DNA from: a virus
Length of the DNA: 64,000 nucleotides
IMG/VR virus record: IMGVR_UViG_3300023179_000041
Span: 32,001-96,000 of that record
Reading direction: 5' to 3' (one strand)
Shown here piece after piece: positions 1 to 11,701 of this stretch (position 1 is the stretch's first letter; each line of letters begins with the position of its first letter). The position numbers and the translations under genes are program-made. The notes below the pieces were generated by a model. It was not told where the DNA came from. It worked only from the letters and a program-made list of their open reading frames with translations, and did no database searches.

Positions 1-1
1 C

Positions 2-148
2 ATTATGCATTCCTGCTATGGGTTTGTGGACAAAATTGACGTGAGAATCAATGCCGAAGAAATGGGCTTCATTTTGGACCTAGGTGATGATGATTATGGA
101 GTATTTGCCTACGACAAGATATTCTGGGTATGCGAGTCCGACAACTAG
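2..148 (+). CDS. 3' end of a hypothetical protein (truncated by window edge)
   Basis: Open frame IMHSCYGFVDK...WVCESDN ending TAG at 146-148. Confidence 0.45.
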   Translation: MMHSCYGFVDKIDVRINAEEMGFILDLGDDDYGVFAYDKIFWVCESDN

Positions 149-189
149 CCGAATGAAATAATTTTTGAGCCTGGTGTATTATCGGCCCT

Positions 190-750
190 ATGGCCATTCT
201 CACTTATGACGACCTTGAGATTTACATGGGCAAAACCTTTACCGATGCCCAGCAGGACGCGGCTATGTCAATCATTGCCGCCCTTGAAGCAGAACTTGAG
301 TACTACCTAAATAGGCCTCTTGGCGCGCGTTTATATTCAGAAGAAGAACACAAACTTGTTCCAGGACAGCGACAAATATTTTTGCGCCACGCACCGGTTC
401 AAAGCGTAACGTCTTTTTATGTTGGAATGCCGGGCGAAGAGGTTGAGCAGAATATCGAAGACTTTGACATCTTTCCTTGGGGCATAGATAATATTCGAAT
501 CGCTGGAACCGGCAACCAAGCACTTGTCACCTACACAGCAGGAATGACATCGAACGATACGATTGCGCTTGAGCGAGTTCTTTACACCGCATCAGCACGA
601 GAGATGAGCAAGTTCCTTATTGATGCTCAGGGGCTATCCAGACTCAAGGTAGAGGGAAGCGACTACGTCTTTCCGGATGGCGGCGAAGGCGGATTCACAG
701 AGCGCGAACTTAACTCAGTCAAGCGCTTTAAACGAAGAGTGATTGTGTGA
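190..750 (+). CDS. Head-tail adaptor/connector protein
   Basis: LTYDDLEIY...AELEYYLNRPL...APVQSV...VTYTAG pattern of gp6/gp15-type adaptors; first of four neck genes. Confidence 0.7.
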   Translation: MAILTYDDLEIYMGKTFTDAQQDAAMSIIAALEAELEYYLNRPLGARLYSEEEHKLVPGQRQIFLRHAPVQSVTSFYVGMPGEEVEQNIEDFDIFPWGIDNIRIAGTGNQALVTYTAGMTSNDTIALERVLYTASAREMSKFLIDAQGLSRLKVEGSDYVFPDGGEGGFTERELNSVKRFKRRVIV

Positions 751-751
751 T

Positions 752-1084
752 ATGCGTGGGGCAAGAACGCCGATAGTCATTCGCAACATGGTTGCTGGCT
801 ACGTCAATGAAGCAGAAGGCATTTGGAATAATACAGGGGCCGACACTACTGTTTATGGTTCAGTTCATCAAAGGGCTTCAGAGGAAGTGATGGAGAATAC
901 AGTTGGGCAATTAAGCGAAAAGAGAAACATAGTTTGTCGACTTCCTTTAAGCGCAAGTGTCACATATGGAGACCAAGTAGTGATTGATAATTTTCATCAA
1001 GTTGTAAATGGCACTTACGAAATAGATTCACTTCTTTATACGCGAACACACATCCGCGCAGAATGCAGAAGGACAATGCGATAA
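752..1084 (+). CDS. Head closure (stopper) protein
   Basis: ~110 aa beta-rich protein ending GDQVVID...GTYEID; position after adaptor. Confidence 0.6.
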   Translation: MRGARTPIVIRNMVAGYVNEAEGIWNNTGADTTVYGSVHQRASEEVMENTVGQLSEKRNIVCRLPLSASVTYGDQVVIDNFHQVVNGTYEIDSLLYTRTHIRAECRRTMR

Positions 1085-1596
1085 TGGCATCCAAATTGAC
1101 CCCGACGCAAAAACTCTACAAAATTCTTGATACTGTCGAACCAGCAATCAAGAGTATTATTCTTGCCGGCGTATATCAAATGCGCTCCGCGGCAGAAGAT
1201 TTGTCTGTAATCGGGTTTAATGAGACCAAAAGACTTATTCTTCACAGGGGTAGTTATAAAGAATATTTTAAGAATGGCAAGAAAAGAATGTCTTCTGCTC
1301 CGGGAGAACCACCAGCAGCAACGCTTGGCGGAACACTTGAGCCAAGCATTTACAGTAAGGTAATTAGTAAGCCGAATCAAAATCCAGCAATTGCAGAATT
1401 CGGCAGTACTGCCACGTTTGCAAAAGATTTGGAATTTGGGACGACAAGTATCCAGCCTCGCCCGTTTTTGAGGCCAGCAAAAGCAAAAGTGGCAAATGTT
1501 GCTGCATCAACTGTTGCGCGACATCTGAAAATTGCCTATTCGCGAAAAACCCGTTCCCTTAAGGGCACGGTATTTACTCTTGATTTGGATATGTGA
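1084..1596 (+). CDS. HK97 gp10-like tail completion protein
   Basis: SSAPGEPPA...LEFGT..IQPRPFLRPA signature. Confidence 0.8.
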   Translation: MASKLTPTQKLYKILDTVEPAIKSIILAGVYQMRSAAEDLSVIGFNETKRLILHRGSYKEYFKNGKKRMSSAPGEPPAATLGGTLEPSIYSKVISKPNQNPAIAEFGSTATFAKDLEFGTTSIQPRPFLRPAKAKVANVAASTVARHLKIAYSRKTRSLKGTVFTLDLDM

Positions 1597-1982
1597 TGGC
1601 TTCTATCGGCGGCGCTATCCGGACCGTTTTGGTCAATGATTCTATAACTGGTATATCAAATCGCATATTCAGAGATATTGCCCCTCCAGAAACAGAATAT
1701 CCCTACATCACAATTTTTGATGAACTTGCCAACACTCCAGCCCTTATCGGTGACCAGGTTGTTTTGGCTCGTAATCGAATTGTCCAGGTAAGTCTTTGGC
1801 AAGTGCGTCAATCAGAAAACACCGGCATAATCAACGAAGTCATATCTGCGTTAGACAATGCAACGCTGAATGCAGACAGGTTTGTTTATCGGGTCAGGGT
1901 CAGTGACATAACGAGGACCTTCAATTCTGAGGATGATACGATTTTGCACGCAGTAACCCTTAACGTCATACAAAAGGCATAA
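1596..1982 (+). CDS. Tail terminator protein
   Basis: RIFRDIAPPETEYPYITI...VQVSLW pattern; position after gp10-like gene. Confidence 0.7.
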   Translation: MASIGGAIRTVLVNDSITGISNRIFRDIAPPETEYPYITIFDELANTPALIGDQVVLARNRIVQVSLWQVRQSENTGIINEVISALDNATLNADRFVYRVRVSDITRTFNSEDDTILHAVTLNVIQKA

Positions 1983-1984
1983 GC

Positions 1985-2662
1985 ATGGCTTTCACACCAA
2001 TTACAGTTACCGGCACCTACCTTGAGAGCGGTAGTGGTGAGCCTGCGAGCGGTCGCATTTCTTTCCTGCTTACTTCCCCGATGAGACAGCCGAGTACCAA
2101 TACGACTATCTCCCCGTCTCAGGTAACTGCCACCCTCGATGAAAACGGGGAATTCTCAGTCATTCTTTATGCGACTAATGACAGCGGAACAGTTCCGCAG
2201 GGCGTGACCTATGAAGTAACAGAACGACTTCGCGGAGCGGCACTAAACAAGTACTTCATTTCTATTGATAAAGATGCCCCTGGCGGGGCCGTCGACCTTG
2301 CTGACCTGGTTCCAAATATCGACCCAGTTGTACAGATTAACTATGCGACAGTTGAATATGTCGATGACGCTGTTGCCGGATTTAACTCTGCAGCCGAGAT
2401 TGGCTTCACCCCAACGTCAGAAATTACATCGACGAATGTGCAAACCGCCATTGAGGAATTGCGAACCCGTTCTAGATATGTCCATAACCAACCGTCAGCA
2501 TCGGATACATGGAATATCACGCACAATATGCGCTTTTACCCGAATGTCAGCATCGTCGACACTGCTCTCAGTAAGGTCGTCGGAGAGGTCACATATCTGT
2601 CAGAAAATGCTTTGACGGTGACCTTCTCACACTCTTTCGCTGGAAAGGCGTATCTTTCATAG
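1985..2662 (+). CDS. Virion structural protein (fibre-associated)
   Basis: N-terminal VTGTYL...ATLDENGEFSVIL domain; C-terminal WNITHNM..YPNVSIVD domain typical of phage fibre modules. Confidence 0.55.
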   Translation: MAFTPITVTGTYLESGSGEPASGRISFLLTSPMRQPSTNTTISPSQVTATLDENGEFSVILYATNDSGTVPQGVTYEVTERLRGAALNKYFISIDKDAPGGAVDLADLVPNIDPVVQINYATVEYVDDAVAGFNSAAEIGFTPTSEITSTNVQTAIEELRTRSRYVHNQPSASDTWNITHNMRFYPNVSIVDTALSKVVGEVTYLSENALTVTFSHSFAGKAYLS

Positions 2663-2685
2663 GAGGAGTCTGGAGGTAGACCGGC

Positions 2686-4143
2686 ATGAAATTCGTAACG
2701 AACTTAAATCTTAATCAGAACGAACTCCAGAACGGTAAGTTTCAGGTCGTCGCGTCCGACCCGAGCACGAACAACTTTGAAGGTCGGCTCATCTATAACT
2801 CAACCGAGAAGACCATTAAATATTTTGATGGTACCTCTTGGAAAAAGGCTCTAATTTCGGTCACTGAAGCAGGTAGCGCTTCTGCAGCCCTTACGGTTAC
2901 TGAGTCCAATGGCGCAATTACACTTACGCCGAATCTTGCCACAACATCAGCCCATGGTGTTATGTCCTATCAGGACAAGGCAAAACTTGATGACGCTACC
3001 GCTGACGCGACTGCTGGGAAATTGGTTATTAGGGACGGAAGCGGAAACTTTAAGTCTGCTACTCCAACTGATTCTGCACATGTTGCAACAAAGGGTTATG
3101 TCGATGCTGCGCGTAGCGGTCTCGACGTCAAGCAATCTGTTCGTGTCGCAACCACTGGTCCGGTAACAATCGCTAACCAACTTGAGGCAGGCGACACCGT
3201 TGACGGAGAAACGCTTGTTGCTGGTGACCGTGTTCTCGTCAAAAACCAAAGCACTGCATCAGAAAACGGAATCTATGTCGTTCAAGCAAGCGGTGCTGCC
3301 GTTAGGGCAACAGACTTTGATTCAAGCGACGAAGTCTCTCCTGGTGCGTTTACGTTTGTTGAAGAGGGTGACGACAACGCCGATAGCGGCTGGGTTGTTA
3401 TCACTGACGGTTCAATCACAGTTGGCTCAACGGCAATCAACTGGGCGCAGTTTTCTGGCGCTGGCCAAATTGTTGCTGGTGATGCCCTGTCCAAAGACGG
3501 CGAAACACTTAACGTAAACGTCGACAACCTCAGCATTGAGGTAAGCGCTGATGCCCTGAGAATTGCAAGTGGCGCTGCCGGGGATGGTCTCTCTGCTTCT
3601 GCTGGCATCCTCTCCGTAAATACAGCAGCCGCTGGCGGTCTAGAGATTTCATCAGACGACCTGCAAATCAAAATTGACCCCAACTACACAGGTCTTGTTA
3701 CTACAACAGATGGTCTTGCCCTTAGCGCATCCGTAGCCGGAGATGGGCTCACATTTGCTGCCGGTGTTTTGAGTCGTGATGCAATTGACCTTGGTCAGGG
3801 TTCAAATGATACAACTGGGACCCTTCCCGTCGACCAAGGCGGTACTGGTGCAACTACTGAGGCGGCAGCAAGAGACAACCTTGCTTACACCCCTCCAAGC
3901 GGCGCGAATACAAGCACACCAACACTGGCGCGCGTGGCAAGTAAAGTTGTTGGCGACGGTGCAGCAACAACATATACTGTGACTCACAATTTTGGAACTC
4001 GCGCGGTTCTTGTACAAGTTTACGATTCTTCTGGTTATGACACGGTCATTGCAGACGTGGTAAGGGCGACAACGGATTCTGTCACGGTTTCCTTTTCTGT
4101 TGCTCCTGCTTCAAACGCATACACAGTCGTCGTTACCGGTTAG
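2686..4143 (+). CDS. Fibre/decoration protein
   Basis: ATKGYVD motif, VRVATT...GDRVLVKNQ...NGIY domain, AGDGL repeats, C-terminal YTVTHNFGT domain; AGGAG/GGAGG RBS. Confidence 0.7.
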   Translation: MKFVTNLNLNQNELQNGKFQVVASDPSTNNFEGRLIYNSTEKTIKYFDGTSWKKALISVTEAGSASAALTVTESNGAITLTPNLATTSAHGVMSYQDKAKLDDATADATAGKLVIRDGSGNFKSATPTDSAHVATKGYVDAARSGLDVKQSVRVATTGPVTIANQLEAGDTVDGETLVAGDRVLVKNQSTASENGIYVVQASGAAVRATDFDSSDEVSPGAFTFVEEGDDNADSGWVVITDGSITVGSTAINWAQFSGAGQIVAGDALSKDGETLNVNVDNLSIEVSADALRIASGAAGDGLSASAGILSVNTAAAGGLEISSDDLQIKIDPNYTGLVTTTDGLALSASVAGDGLTFAAGVLSRDAIDLGQGSNDTTGTLPVDQGGTGATTEAAARDNLAYTPPSGANTSTPTLARVASKVVGDGAATTYTVTHNFGTRAVLVQVYDSSGYDTVIADVVRATTDSVTVSFSVAPASNAYTVVVTG

Positions 4144-4154
4144 CAATATCCATA

Positions 4155-4170
4155 GTGCCTTGCGGGGCAC
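4155..4170 (+). terminator. Short GC hairpin (possible terminator or processing site)
   Basis: GTGCCT-TGCG-GGGCAC just after stop codon; no U-tract. Confidence 0.35.
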
Positions 4171-4203
4171 GCAGAAACAGAAGACAGTTGAGGCTGTATT
4201 CAC

Positions 4204-4656
4204 ATGACACGATTTGTTGGCACGCCATTACGCGGCATTGAGTTTTCCAGTCCAAGCGACGAATCATTCTCAACGCGCGTAAATCTTGATGCACATGCGA
4301 GAATTCGCATTGATGCTGGCGGGCGGATTACATGGTCTTCTGGTTCGGCCGCTGGCGATACCAATCTTTACCGAACAAGTGCAAACACTCTCTATACAGA
4401 TGACGTATTCCAGGCCGCTCTTGGGTTGGTCACAGTCACATCTCTTGGCGCTCCAGTTTCTTCACTGCCAGATGGGGCGCTTGCGGTTGACACAACCAAC
4501 GACAAATTTTATTTCAGGTCAAACTCTGCTTGGCAAGAAGTTGGCGGTGCAGGTTTGTTATCTGGAGACGTAGATGGTGGTATTCTTTCGCCTGAGATTC
4601 ACGAAGCAGAAGTAACAAATTACGTATTGGTCGGTTTTGATGGAGGAACACTGTAA
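4204..4656 (+). CDS. Small fibre-associated structural protein
   Basis: [28 protein letters not shown] motifs; ends DGG. Confidence 0.55.
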   Translation: MTRFVGTPLRGIEFSSPSDESFSTRVNLDAHARIRIDAGGRITWSSGSAAGDTNLYRTSANTLYTDDVFQAALGLVTVTSLGAPVSSLPDGALAVDTTNDKFYFRSNSAWQEVGGAGLLSGDVDGGILSPEIHEAEVTNYVLVGFDGGTL

Positions 4657-7600
4657 TGGCTGGAGCAAGAATCCAACTAAAGCGCGCTACTGCCTCCTCG
4701 TGGACTAGCAATAACCCGGTTCTTTATGCTGGCGAAATCGGTCTTGAGACCGACACTAATAAGTTCAAGATTGGTGATGGGACAACTGCTTATAACTCCC
4801 TGCCCTACTTCAATGGGAACCTCACTGGCTCAAGCCTAAATGACCTTGCCGACGTCACAATTACATCCGCAGCGAATGGTGACTTCCTTCGATGGAATGG
4901 CACCGCTTGGGTTAATGACGCGGTAAATCTCTCAACCGACACAATCGGCTCCTATGTTGAGTCTTTGGTCGCCGGGACCGGCGTAAGCCTTACAAACAAT
5001 TCCGGCGAAGCCGCAACTCCGACGATTGCAATTGGCCAAAACGTGTCCACTACTGCATCAGTCACGTTTGCCCATGTATCTGCTTCCGTAACAGGAAATG
5101 TTGTCGGTGATTTGACTGGCAATGCAGATACTGCAACCACGCTAGAAACAGCGCGAATCATCGAACTTAGCGGCGATGTTACTGGTTCTGCATCGTTTGA
5201 TGGTTCTTCAAACATCAACATCTCTGTCACATCAAACCCTGACTCAATCACACTTGGAACAGACACAACCGGAAACTATTTGGTCGACCTTGCTGGAGGC
5301 ACTGGGGTAACAATTAACCACACCCCAGGCGAAGGTTCTACTGCATCTGTCTCGATTGGACAGGATGTTTCGACAACTGCATCAGTAACGTTCGACCAAG
5401 TCACAGTCAATGGTCAGACGAATGTCGGTGGACACATTATTCCAGATACCAATGAGGCGTATGACCTTGGTTCTTCTGCATCGCGCTTCCGCGATATTTA
5501 TCTTTCTGGAACAACAATCGACCTTGGTGGAGCAACAATTACAAGTGACGGAACTGATGTTTCTTTCTCTGGCGGCATAAGCGTTGGTGGAAGTGCAAAT
5601 TTTGTTGGTGACCTCACTGGTAATGCCGACACGGCTTCAACGCTTGAAACAGCACGAACTATTTCCCTTGGCGGAGACCTATCCGGTTCTGCATCTTTTG
5701 ACGGTTCAAGCGACATCACAATCACTGCAACAGTTGAACCGAATAGCGTTGCTCTCGGCACGGATACAACTGGAAACTATGTCGTTGATGTTGTTGCCGG
5801 AACAGGTTTGTCGGTTAGCCACACGCAAGGCGAGGGTTCTACTGCATCTGTAGAACTCAACGCAGTTCTCGATGACCTAACTGACGTAAGTGCGTCAACA
5901 GCAAATGTGGACGAATATTTGAAATGGGATGGAAGTGCTTGGGTGCCCGATGTTGTCGAACTTGGCGCACATACGGTTGGCGATTATATGGCAAATGTCG
6001 TTGCCGGTACTGGTGTCACGGTAACCCACACTCAAGCAGAGGGCTCTACGGCAAGCATTGCAATCGGACAGGATGTTTCGACAACCGCAAGTGTCACGTT
6101 TGCGAACCTCACAGTTTCCGGCGACCTCACCGTTAACGGGACAACAACAACACTCAACACGGAAAACCTTCTTGTCGAAGACAACGTAATTGTTCTTAAT
6201 TCAAACGTCACTGGGGCCCCATCTGGAACCGCAGGCATCGAGATTGAGCGTGGGACATCAAGCAATGTTCAATTGCGATGGAATGAAACATCTGACTCGT
6301 GGGAAATCACCGAGGATGGTACGACATACAAGAACATCGCAGTTGGCCAGGATGTTGAAACATCCTCGTCAGTCACGTTTGCACACGTTTCTGCAGATGT
6401 CACTGGAGACTTGACCGGCAATGCCTCTACGGCAACAACACTTGAAACGGCCCGCGCAATATCGCTTGCTGGTGATTTGTCTGGTTCGGCTTCATTTGAT
6501 GGCTCACAAGACGTAACCATTACGGCAACCGTCCAGCCCAACAGCGTGGCGCTCGGTACAGATACGACAGGCAACTATGTTGCCGATGTTGTTGCTGGTA
6601 CTGCAATTACCGTCACCCACACACCTGGTGAGGGCTCTTCTGCTTCAATTGCGCTCAACGCATCACTGAACGACCTTAATGATGTAGTAGTTGGCGCACC
6701 AGCAGAATTCCAGGCCCTTGCCTACGACGGTTCTGGTTGGGTTCCGACTTATACACCGGTTGTTTCCTATGTGCGCAACGCCGAAGCCACAACCATTACA
6801 ACTGGTACGGCTGTCTACCTATTTGGTGGCAATGGTGACCATGCATCGGTCAAGCGTGCAGGGAACGCAAGCGAAGCAACATCATCGAAAACCATAGGTC
6901 TTGTTGGCGCCCCAATCGCGGCAAACCAAAATGGTCCAGTAATTACTCGTGGTTATGTGGACGGAATTGACCTGTCCGCCTATAGCACCGGCGATGTTTT
7001 GTGGCTTGGCGAAAACGGACAAATTACAACCACAAAGCCACAGGCACCTCTACACATCGTGTTCATCGGCGTTGTCGTTCGTGCGACGAACAACGGAATC
7101 GCCTACGTCGCAGTTCAAAACGGTTATGAAGTAAACGAACTGCACGACGTCAAGACAAACGGCAAGGTCGACAAGGACGTCTTGATGTGGAACAGCGCAT
7201 CGGCTGTTTGGGTTAACGACCAAATTAACCTCGGAACCGATACGGTTGGCAACTACGTTCAGAACCTAGTTGCCGGAACTGGCGTTACGCTCACAAATAA
7301 CTCTGGCGAAGGCGCGACTCCGACCGTTGCGATTGGGCAGGATGTTTCTACGAATGCGTCGGTCGTGTTTCACACATTGGAGACAACACACGACCTGACC
7401 ATCGGCGGAAACTTCTACGTCAGCGGCTCAATCGTCACAGAGAACCAGACTTCACTTGAAATCGATGACCCCTTTATCTACCTGAATGGTTCAAGCAGCG
7501 TCTCTAACGTTGACATCGGAATCGCAGGAAATTACAACGACGGCACATACCGACACGCTGGTATTTTCCGTGACGCAACGGATGGAAAGTTCAAGTTCTT

Positions 7601-10600
7601 TGACTCCTACACCCCAGAGCCGTCCAACCCGATTGACACTGGTCATGCTTCTTATTCGCCAGCCCCCGTCGTTGCTGAAACATTTGAGAGCACGGTTACA
7701 ACAGGTACTGCACCATTCACTGTTGCCTCGACAACGGAAGTAACAAATCTCCACGCTGACACTGCGTCGAGTCTGCACACTGCCCGAGCCATCAGCCTTG
7801 CTGGCGACCTGAGTGGTTCAGTATCGTTTGACGGAAGCGGCGATGTAACTCTTACAGCAACCGTCGAGCCAAACTCGGTTGCCCTCGGCACGGACACCAC
7901 TGGCAACTACATGGTTGACCTTGCCGAAGGTACTGGTGTCACGATTATTCATACCCCTGGAGAAGGCTCCACCGCTTCTGTATCGATTGGTCAAAGCGTC
8001 GCGACAACCGCTTCGGTGACATTTGCTCATGTTTCTGCTGATGTAACTGGAAACCTGACTGGCGATGTTGCGGGCAATGCCGATACGGCTTCAAGCCTTG
8101 AAACAGCGAGGGCAATTTCGCTTGCTGGAGACTTGTCTGGTTCGGTCTCATTTGACGGTTCCGGCGATGTAACCCTTACCGCAACGATTGGGGCAAACAG
8201 CGTAGCCCTCGGTACGGACACGACTGGAAACTACGTCAATGACATCACGGCCGGTACTGGCGTCACAGTTACACACACCCCAGCAGAAGGTTCCAGCCCG
8301 ACAATCGCAATCGGCCAAAGCGTCGCAACATCGGCTTCTCCGCAATTTGCGTCAGTTACAGCGACCGGAACCCCAGGTTTGATTCTAAGTAATTCGAGTG
8401 GTGACGAAGGTGGTGAATTGCTTTTGTCCAAACCAGCAACAAATACATCAATTGCTGGAACTGGTGTAACTATTGATGTTTATCAAAATAAACTGCGCTT
8501 CTTCGAACAGGGCGGCTCTGCTCGTGGAGCATATATCGATATCACCGGGATGGGTGGTGCAGCCTCTACGCCATTGGCGGTTGGTCAGAATGTTGAAACA
8601 AGCGCATCTGTCCAGTTCGCACAACTGACCACAACTGGGAACGTAACAATCGGTGGTGACCTAACCGTAAATGGCACAACAACTACGGTAAATACCGAGA
8701 CAATTAACCTTGCTGATAATCAGATTGTCCTGAACAGCAACGAGACAAGTGCGCCGTCTCAAAATGCCGGGATTGAAATTGAGCGTGGCACATCGGCAAA
8801 TGTTGCACTCCGCTGGAACGAAACAAGCGATAAGTGGGAAATCACAGAAAATGGAACCACTTACTATGACATTGCGACAACCTTTTACGTCGATGGTCAG
8901 TCAATCACAGCGCTTGATGAAATCGGCGATGTCAACATCACATCAGCAGCGTCTGGGGATTTCCTCAAGTGGAACGGCACCGCATGGGTTAACGATGCCA
9001 TAAATCTCGGCACCGACACAACAGGCAACTATATGGTCGATGTATCGGCGGGAACTGGGATAAGCGTCTCTCATACGCAAGGCGAGGGTTCGACGGCTTC
9101 GGTTTCGCTTAACGCAACACTTGATGATTTGTCCAACGTAAGTGCATCCGCCCCTTCTGATGGTCAATTCCTCAAGTACGTCACCGCATCAAGCGCGTGG
9201 GTACCAGCAGCAATCCCAACCATAAACAATCTTGACGATGTTGGCGATGTAACGATTACATCAGCGGCAAATGGCCAATTCCTTAAGTGGAATGGCACGG
9301 CATGGGTCAACGATGCAATTGACTTGGGCACCGATACCACTGGCAACTACATGTCTGATGTTACCGCTGGTACTGGTATCACAATTACGCATACGCCTGG
9401 AGAGGGCTCAAATGCGACGATAGCAGTAACCGCCAACACGTATCAGCCGCTCGATTCGGAACTCACTGCTCTTGCTGGCTTAACGAGTGCAGCAGATAAG
9501 TTGCCGTACTTCACTGGTTCTGGAACTGCCGCATTGACAGACATTACGTCTGCTGCGCGCAGCATTCTTGATGATACGTCAACAACGGCAATCCGAACAA
9601 CGCTCGGCGTTGGAACTGGCGATAGCCCAACGTTTGCTGGGGCAACAATTGATGCTGTTCGAGTTGGAGTTACGGCAGCAGGAGAAATAGACACAACGAC
9701 TGGAAATCTAACAATTGATTCTGCTGGCGGAACAGTTACTGTCGATGACAATCTTGTTGTTTCAGGAGACTTAACAGTCAATGGAACCACCACAACTGTA
9801 AATACAGCGACACTAACCGTCTCTGACAACATTGTTGTTCTCAACAATGATGTAACTGGAACTCCAACCGAAAATGCTGGCGTAGAAGTCGAGCGTGGAA
9901 CTTCCGCAAACGTTCTAATCCGATGGAACGAAGGAACCGATAAATGGGAAGCCACGAACGACGGAACCAATTTCGGAAATCTCGTAACCACTGGCGACAG
10001 CGGAACAGTCACGTCCACGATGATTGCCGACGGCACCATCGTTAACGCGGACATAAACGCTTCGGCGGCAATCGCCCTTTCCAAACTTGCGTCTGGAACA
10101 TCTGGTCAGATAATTGTTGCAAACTCTTCAGGTGTTCCGACATGGGTATCAGAAACTGGTGATGTCACCATCTCTGATACTGGTGTAACTGCAATCGCCT
10201 CTGGCGCAATAGTTAATGCTGACATAAATTCTTCTGCGGCAATTGACTACAGCAAACTTGCCAATATAACTGCTGGAAGCGTTCTTATTGGTAATGCATC
10301 CAACGTGCCCACCGCCACCGCGCTGAGCGGAGATATCACAGTTAGTTCGTCTGGCGTAACAGCAATTGCGTCCGGTGTAATTGTCGACGCGGATATTAAT
10401 TCTTCTGCGGCAATCAGCCAGTCAAAGATTGCGACATCTACTACACAGGTTTGGGGAACTGGGTCGATTGAACTTGGTCACGCGACGGACACGACAATTA
10501 CAAGAGTTTCGGCTGGAAAGATTGCAGTCGAAGGCGTTACCGTAGCCACTACAACGGATACGAGAGATGTTCTAGTAAGGTTCTACATGGAGGTTATCTG

Positions 10601-10601
10601 A
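4656..10601 (+). CDS. Long modular fibre protein (1981 aa) with Mtd-N/hyaluronidase-N-like anchor
   Basis: [11 protein letters not shown]...[21 protein letters not shown]-terminus; repeated [36 protein letters not shown] and [12 protein letters not shown] modules. Confidence 0.85.
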   Translation: MAGARIQLKRATASSWTSNNPVLYAGEIGLETDTNKFKIGDGTTAYNSLPYFNGNLTGSSLNDLADVTITSAANGDFLRWNGTAWVNDAVNLSTDTIGSYVESLVAGTGVSLTNNSGEAATPTIAIGQNVSTTASVTFAHVSASVTGNVVGDLTGNADTATTLETARIIELSGDVTGSASFDGSSNINISVTSNPDSITLGTDTTGNYLVDLAGGTGVTINHTPGEGSTASVSIGQDVSTTASVTFDQVTVNGQTNVGGHIIPDTNEAYDLGSSASRFRDIYLSGTTIDLGGATITSDGTDVSFSGGISVGGSANFVGDLTGNADTASTLETARTISLGGDLSGSASFDGSSDITITATVEPNSVALGTDTTGNYVVDVVAGTGLSVSHTQGEGSTASVELNAVLDDLTDVSASTANVDEYLKWDGSAWVPDVVELGAHTVGDYMANVVAGTGVTVTHTQAEGSTASIAIGQDVSTTASVTFANLTVSGDLTVNGTTTTLNTENLLVEDNVIVLNSNVTGAPSGTAGIEIERGTSSNVQLRWNETSDSWEITEDGTTYKNIAVGQDVETSSSVTFAHVSADVTGDLTGNASTATTLETARAISLAGDLSGSASFDGSQDVTITATVQPNSVALGTDTTGNYVADVVAGTAITVTHTPGEGSSASIALNASLNDLNDVVVGAPAEFQALAYDGSGWVPTYTPVVSYVRNAEATTITTGTAVYLFGGNGDHASVKRAGNASEATSSKTIGLVGAPIAANQNGPVITRGYVDGIDLSAYSTGDVLWLGENGQITTTKPQAPLHIVFIGVVVRATNNGIAYVAVQNGYEVNELHDVKTNGKVDKDVLMWNSASAVWVNDQINLGTDTVGNYVQNLVAGTGVTLTNNSGEGATPTVAIGQDVSTNASVVFHTLETTHDLTIGGNFYVSGSIVTENQTSLEIDDPFIYLNGSSSVSNVDIGIAGNYNDGTYRHAGIFRDATDGKFKFFDSYTPEPSNPIDTGHASYSPAPVVAETFESTVTTGTAPFTVASTTEVTNLHADTASSLHTARAISLAGDLSGSVSFDGSGDVTLTATVEPNSVALGTDTTGNYMVDLAEGTGVTIIHTPGEGSTASVSIGQSVATTASVTFAHVSADVTGNLTGDVAGNADTASSLETARAISLAGDLSGSVSFDGSGDVTLTATIGANSVALGTDTTGNYVNDITAGTGVTVTHTPAEGSSPTIAIGQSVATSASPQFASVTATGTPGLILSNSSGDEGGELLLSKPATNTSIAGTGVTIDVYQNKLRFFEQGGSARGAYIDITGMGGAASTPLAVGQNVETSASVQFAQLTTTGNVTIGGDLTVNGTTTTVNTETINLADNQIVLNSNETSAPSQNAGIEIERGTSANVALRWNETSDKWEITENGTTYYDIATTFYVDGQSITALDEIGDVNITSAASGDFLKWNGTAWVNDAINLGTDTTGNYMVDVSAGTGISVSHTQGEGSTASVSLNATLDDLSNVSASAPSDGQFLKYVTASSAWVPAAIPTINNLDDVGDVTITSAANGQFLKWNGTAWVNDAIDLGTDTTGNYMSDVTAGTGITITHTPGEGSNATIAVTANTYQPLDSELTALAGLTSAADKLPYFTGSGTAALTDITSAARSILDDTSTTAIRTTLGVGTGDSPTFAGATIDAVRVGVTAAGEIDTTTGNLTIDSAGGTVTVDDNLVVSGDLTVNGTTTTVNTATLTVSDNIVVLNNDVTGTPTENAGVEVERGTSANVLIRWNEGTDKWEATNDGTNFGNLVTTGDSGTVTSTMIADGTIVNADINASAAIALSKLASGTSGQIIVANSSGVPTWVSETGDVTISDTGVTAIASGAIVNADINSSAAIDYSKLANITAGSVLIGNASNVPTATALSGDITVSSSGVTAIASGVIVDADINSSAAISQSKIATSTTQVWGTGSIELGHATDTTITRVSAGKIAVEGVTVATTTDTRDVLVRFYMEVI

Positions 10602-10602
10602 T

Positions 10603-10965
10603 ATGCCATTGACACAAAAGAGACTGGTCGGACCAACTCAGTTGACTACGACGACAAGCACTGTTCTCTATACGGTTCCCCAAAGCACGACCACTATCGT
10701 CAAGCAAATAGTGCTGTGCAATACCACGGCGAGCGCTGTGACGGTAACTATGGTCCTCAAGCCGCTGAACGTTGCCCAAGCATCATCGCAGAACTTTTTT
10801 AATACCTTGTCAATTGCAGCAAACGAAACGTTGACGTTCCAAACCAACATGGTTTTGACCAATAATGGAAGCACGGCGAACGCTACCAATAGCGACCAAA
10901 TCATTGGTTCAGCGAGCGCAAATACGGCAATCAATGCATTTATTTATGGCGTAGAAGAGAGTTAG
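10603..10965 (+). CDS. Small virion protein (fibre adaptor)
   Basis: LTTTTSTVLYTVP...TIVKQIVLCN beta-sandwich pattern frequent downstream of long fibres. Confidence 0.55.
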   Translation: MPLTQKRLVGPTQLTTTTSTVLYTVPQSTTTIVKQIVLCNTTASAVTVTMVLKPLNVAQASSQNFFNTLSIAANETLTFQTNMVLTNNGSTANATNSDQIIGSASANTAINAFIYGVEES

Positions 10966-10967
10966 TC

Positions 10968-11699
10968 GTGGCTGGGTTTGTTCGGATGAACAACTCCACC
11001 ATTTCAACGGCGGAGTCAACTTCAAGCGTGTCTGGTTCGTTATTGAACCTCGCAACGTACTTGAATTTGCCTGACCCCGTATACGGAACTGGCGCCGACG
11101 GCGACGTCACCATAAGCGCGGACACGACCCTGACATCCGACAAGAACTACAAAAACCTCACGTTGGGCGCATTTACGCTCAATCCTGGTGGATACAGAAT
11201 ATTCGTTCAAAATGTCCTCACCTTGGCGAACGGCTCAAGAATTGGGTACACGACAGGATTCACCACCGCTGGAACGCTCGCCCAGGGTGGAGCAACAAAT
11301 ACTGCCGTTACCCACAGTCTTGGCGGCTCAAGTGGTGCACAAACGGCGACGGCGCCAACAGCGGCACTTGGCGGGTCTGAGTACTACAGACAGCCCTTAC
11401 AGGCGATTCGTGGTTGGGCGGTAACGGCTTCCTCTACGACTCCGACATTCCTTCGCGGCGGCGCCGGCGGTTCAAGCGGCGCTGGCGGCGGGGTCGTTCT
11501 TATTTCTGCTCGCTACATCACGGTATCTTCTGGCTCTGCCACATTCAGCGCTCCAGGAACTTCTGGTTCTGGCGGTGGCGGCGGCGGAGTTATCTTAATT
11601 GTCTCATCTGCGTCGGTACTCAATAATGGAGTAACTACTGATGTAACTGGAGGCACTGGGGCGTCGGCGGGCAACGTCTACTACATGCAGGTCGCATAA
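10968..11699 (+). CDS. Glycine-rich adhesin-like virion protein
   Basis: YGTGADGDVTIS...YKNLTL and GGAGG...GGGGGGVILI motifs. Confidence 0.6.
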   Translation: MAGFVRMNNSTISTAESTSSVSGSLLNLATYLNLPDPVYGTGADGDVTISADTTLTSDKNYKNLTLGAFTLNPGGYRIFVQNVLTLANGSRIGYTTGFTTAGTLAQGGATNTAVTHSLGGSSGAQTATAPTAALGGSEYYRQPLQAIRGWAVTASSTTPTFLRGGAGGSSGAGGGVVLISARYITVSSGSATFSAPGTSGSGGGGGGVILIVSSASVLNNGVTTDVTGGTGASAGNVYYMQVA

Positions 11700-11701
11700 T
11701 C

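Noticed and set aside
26-34. Single DnaA-like boxes (TGTGGACAA at 26 and ~43073; TGTGGAAAA at 29020)
   Set aside because: Isolated 9-mers, mostly in coding sequence, compatible with chance.
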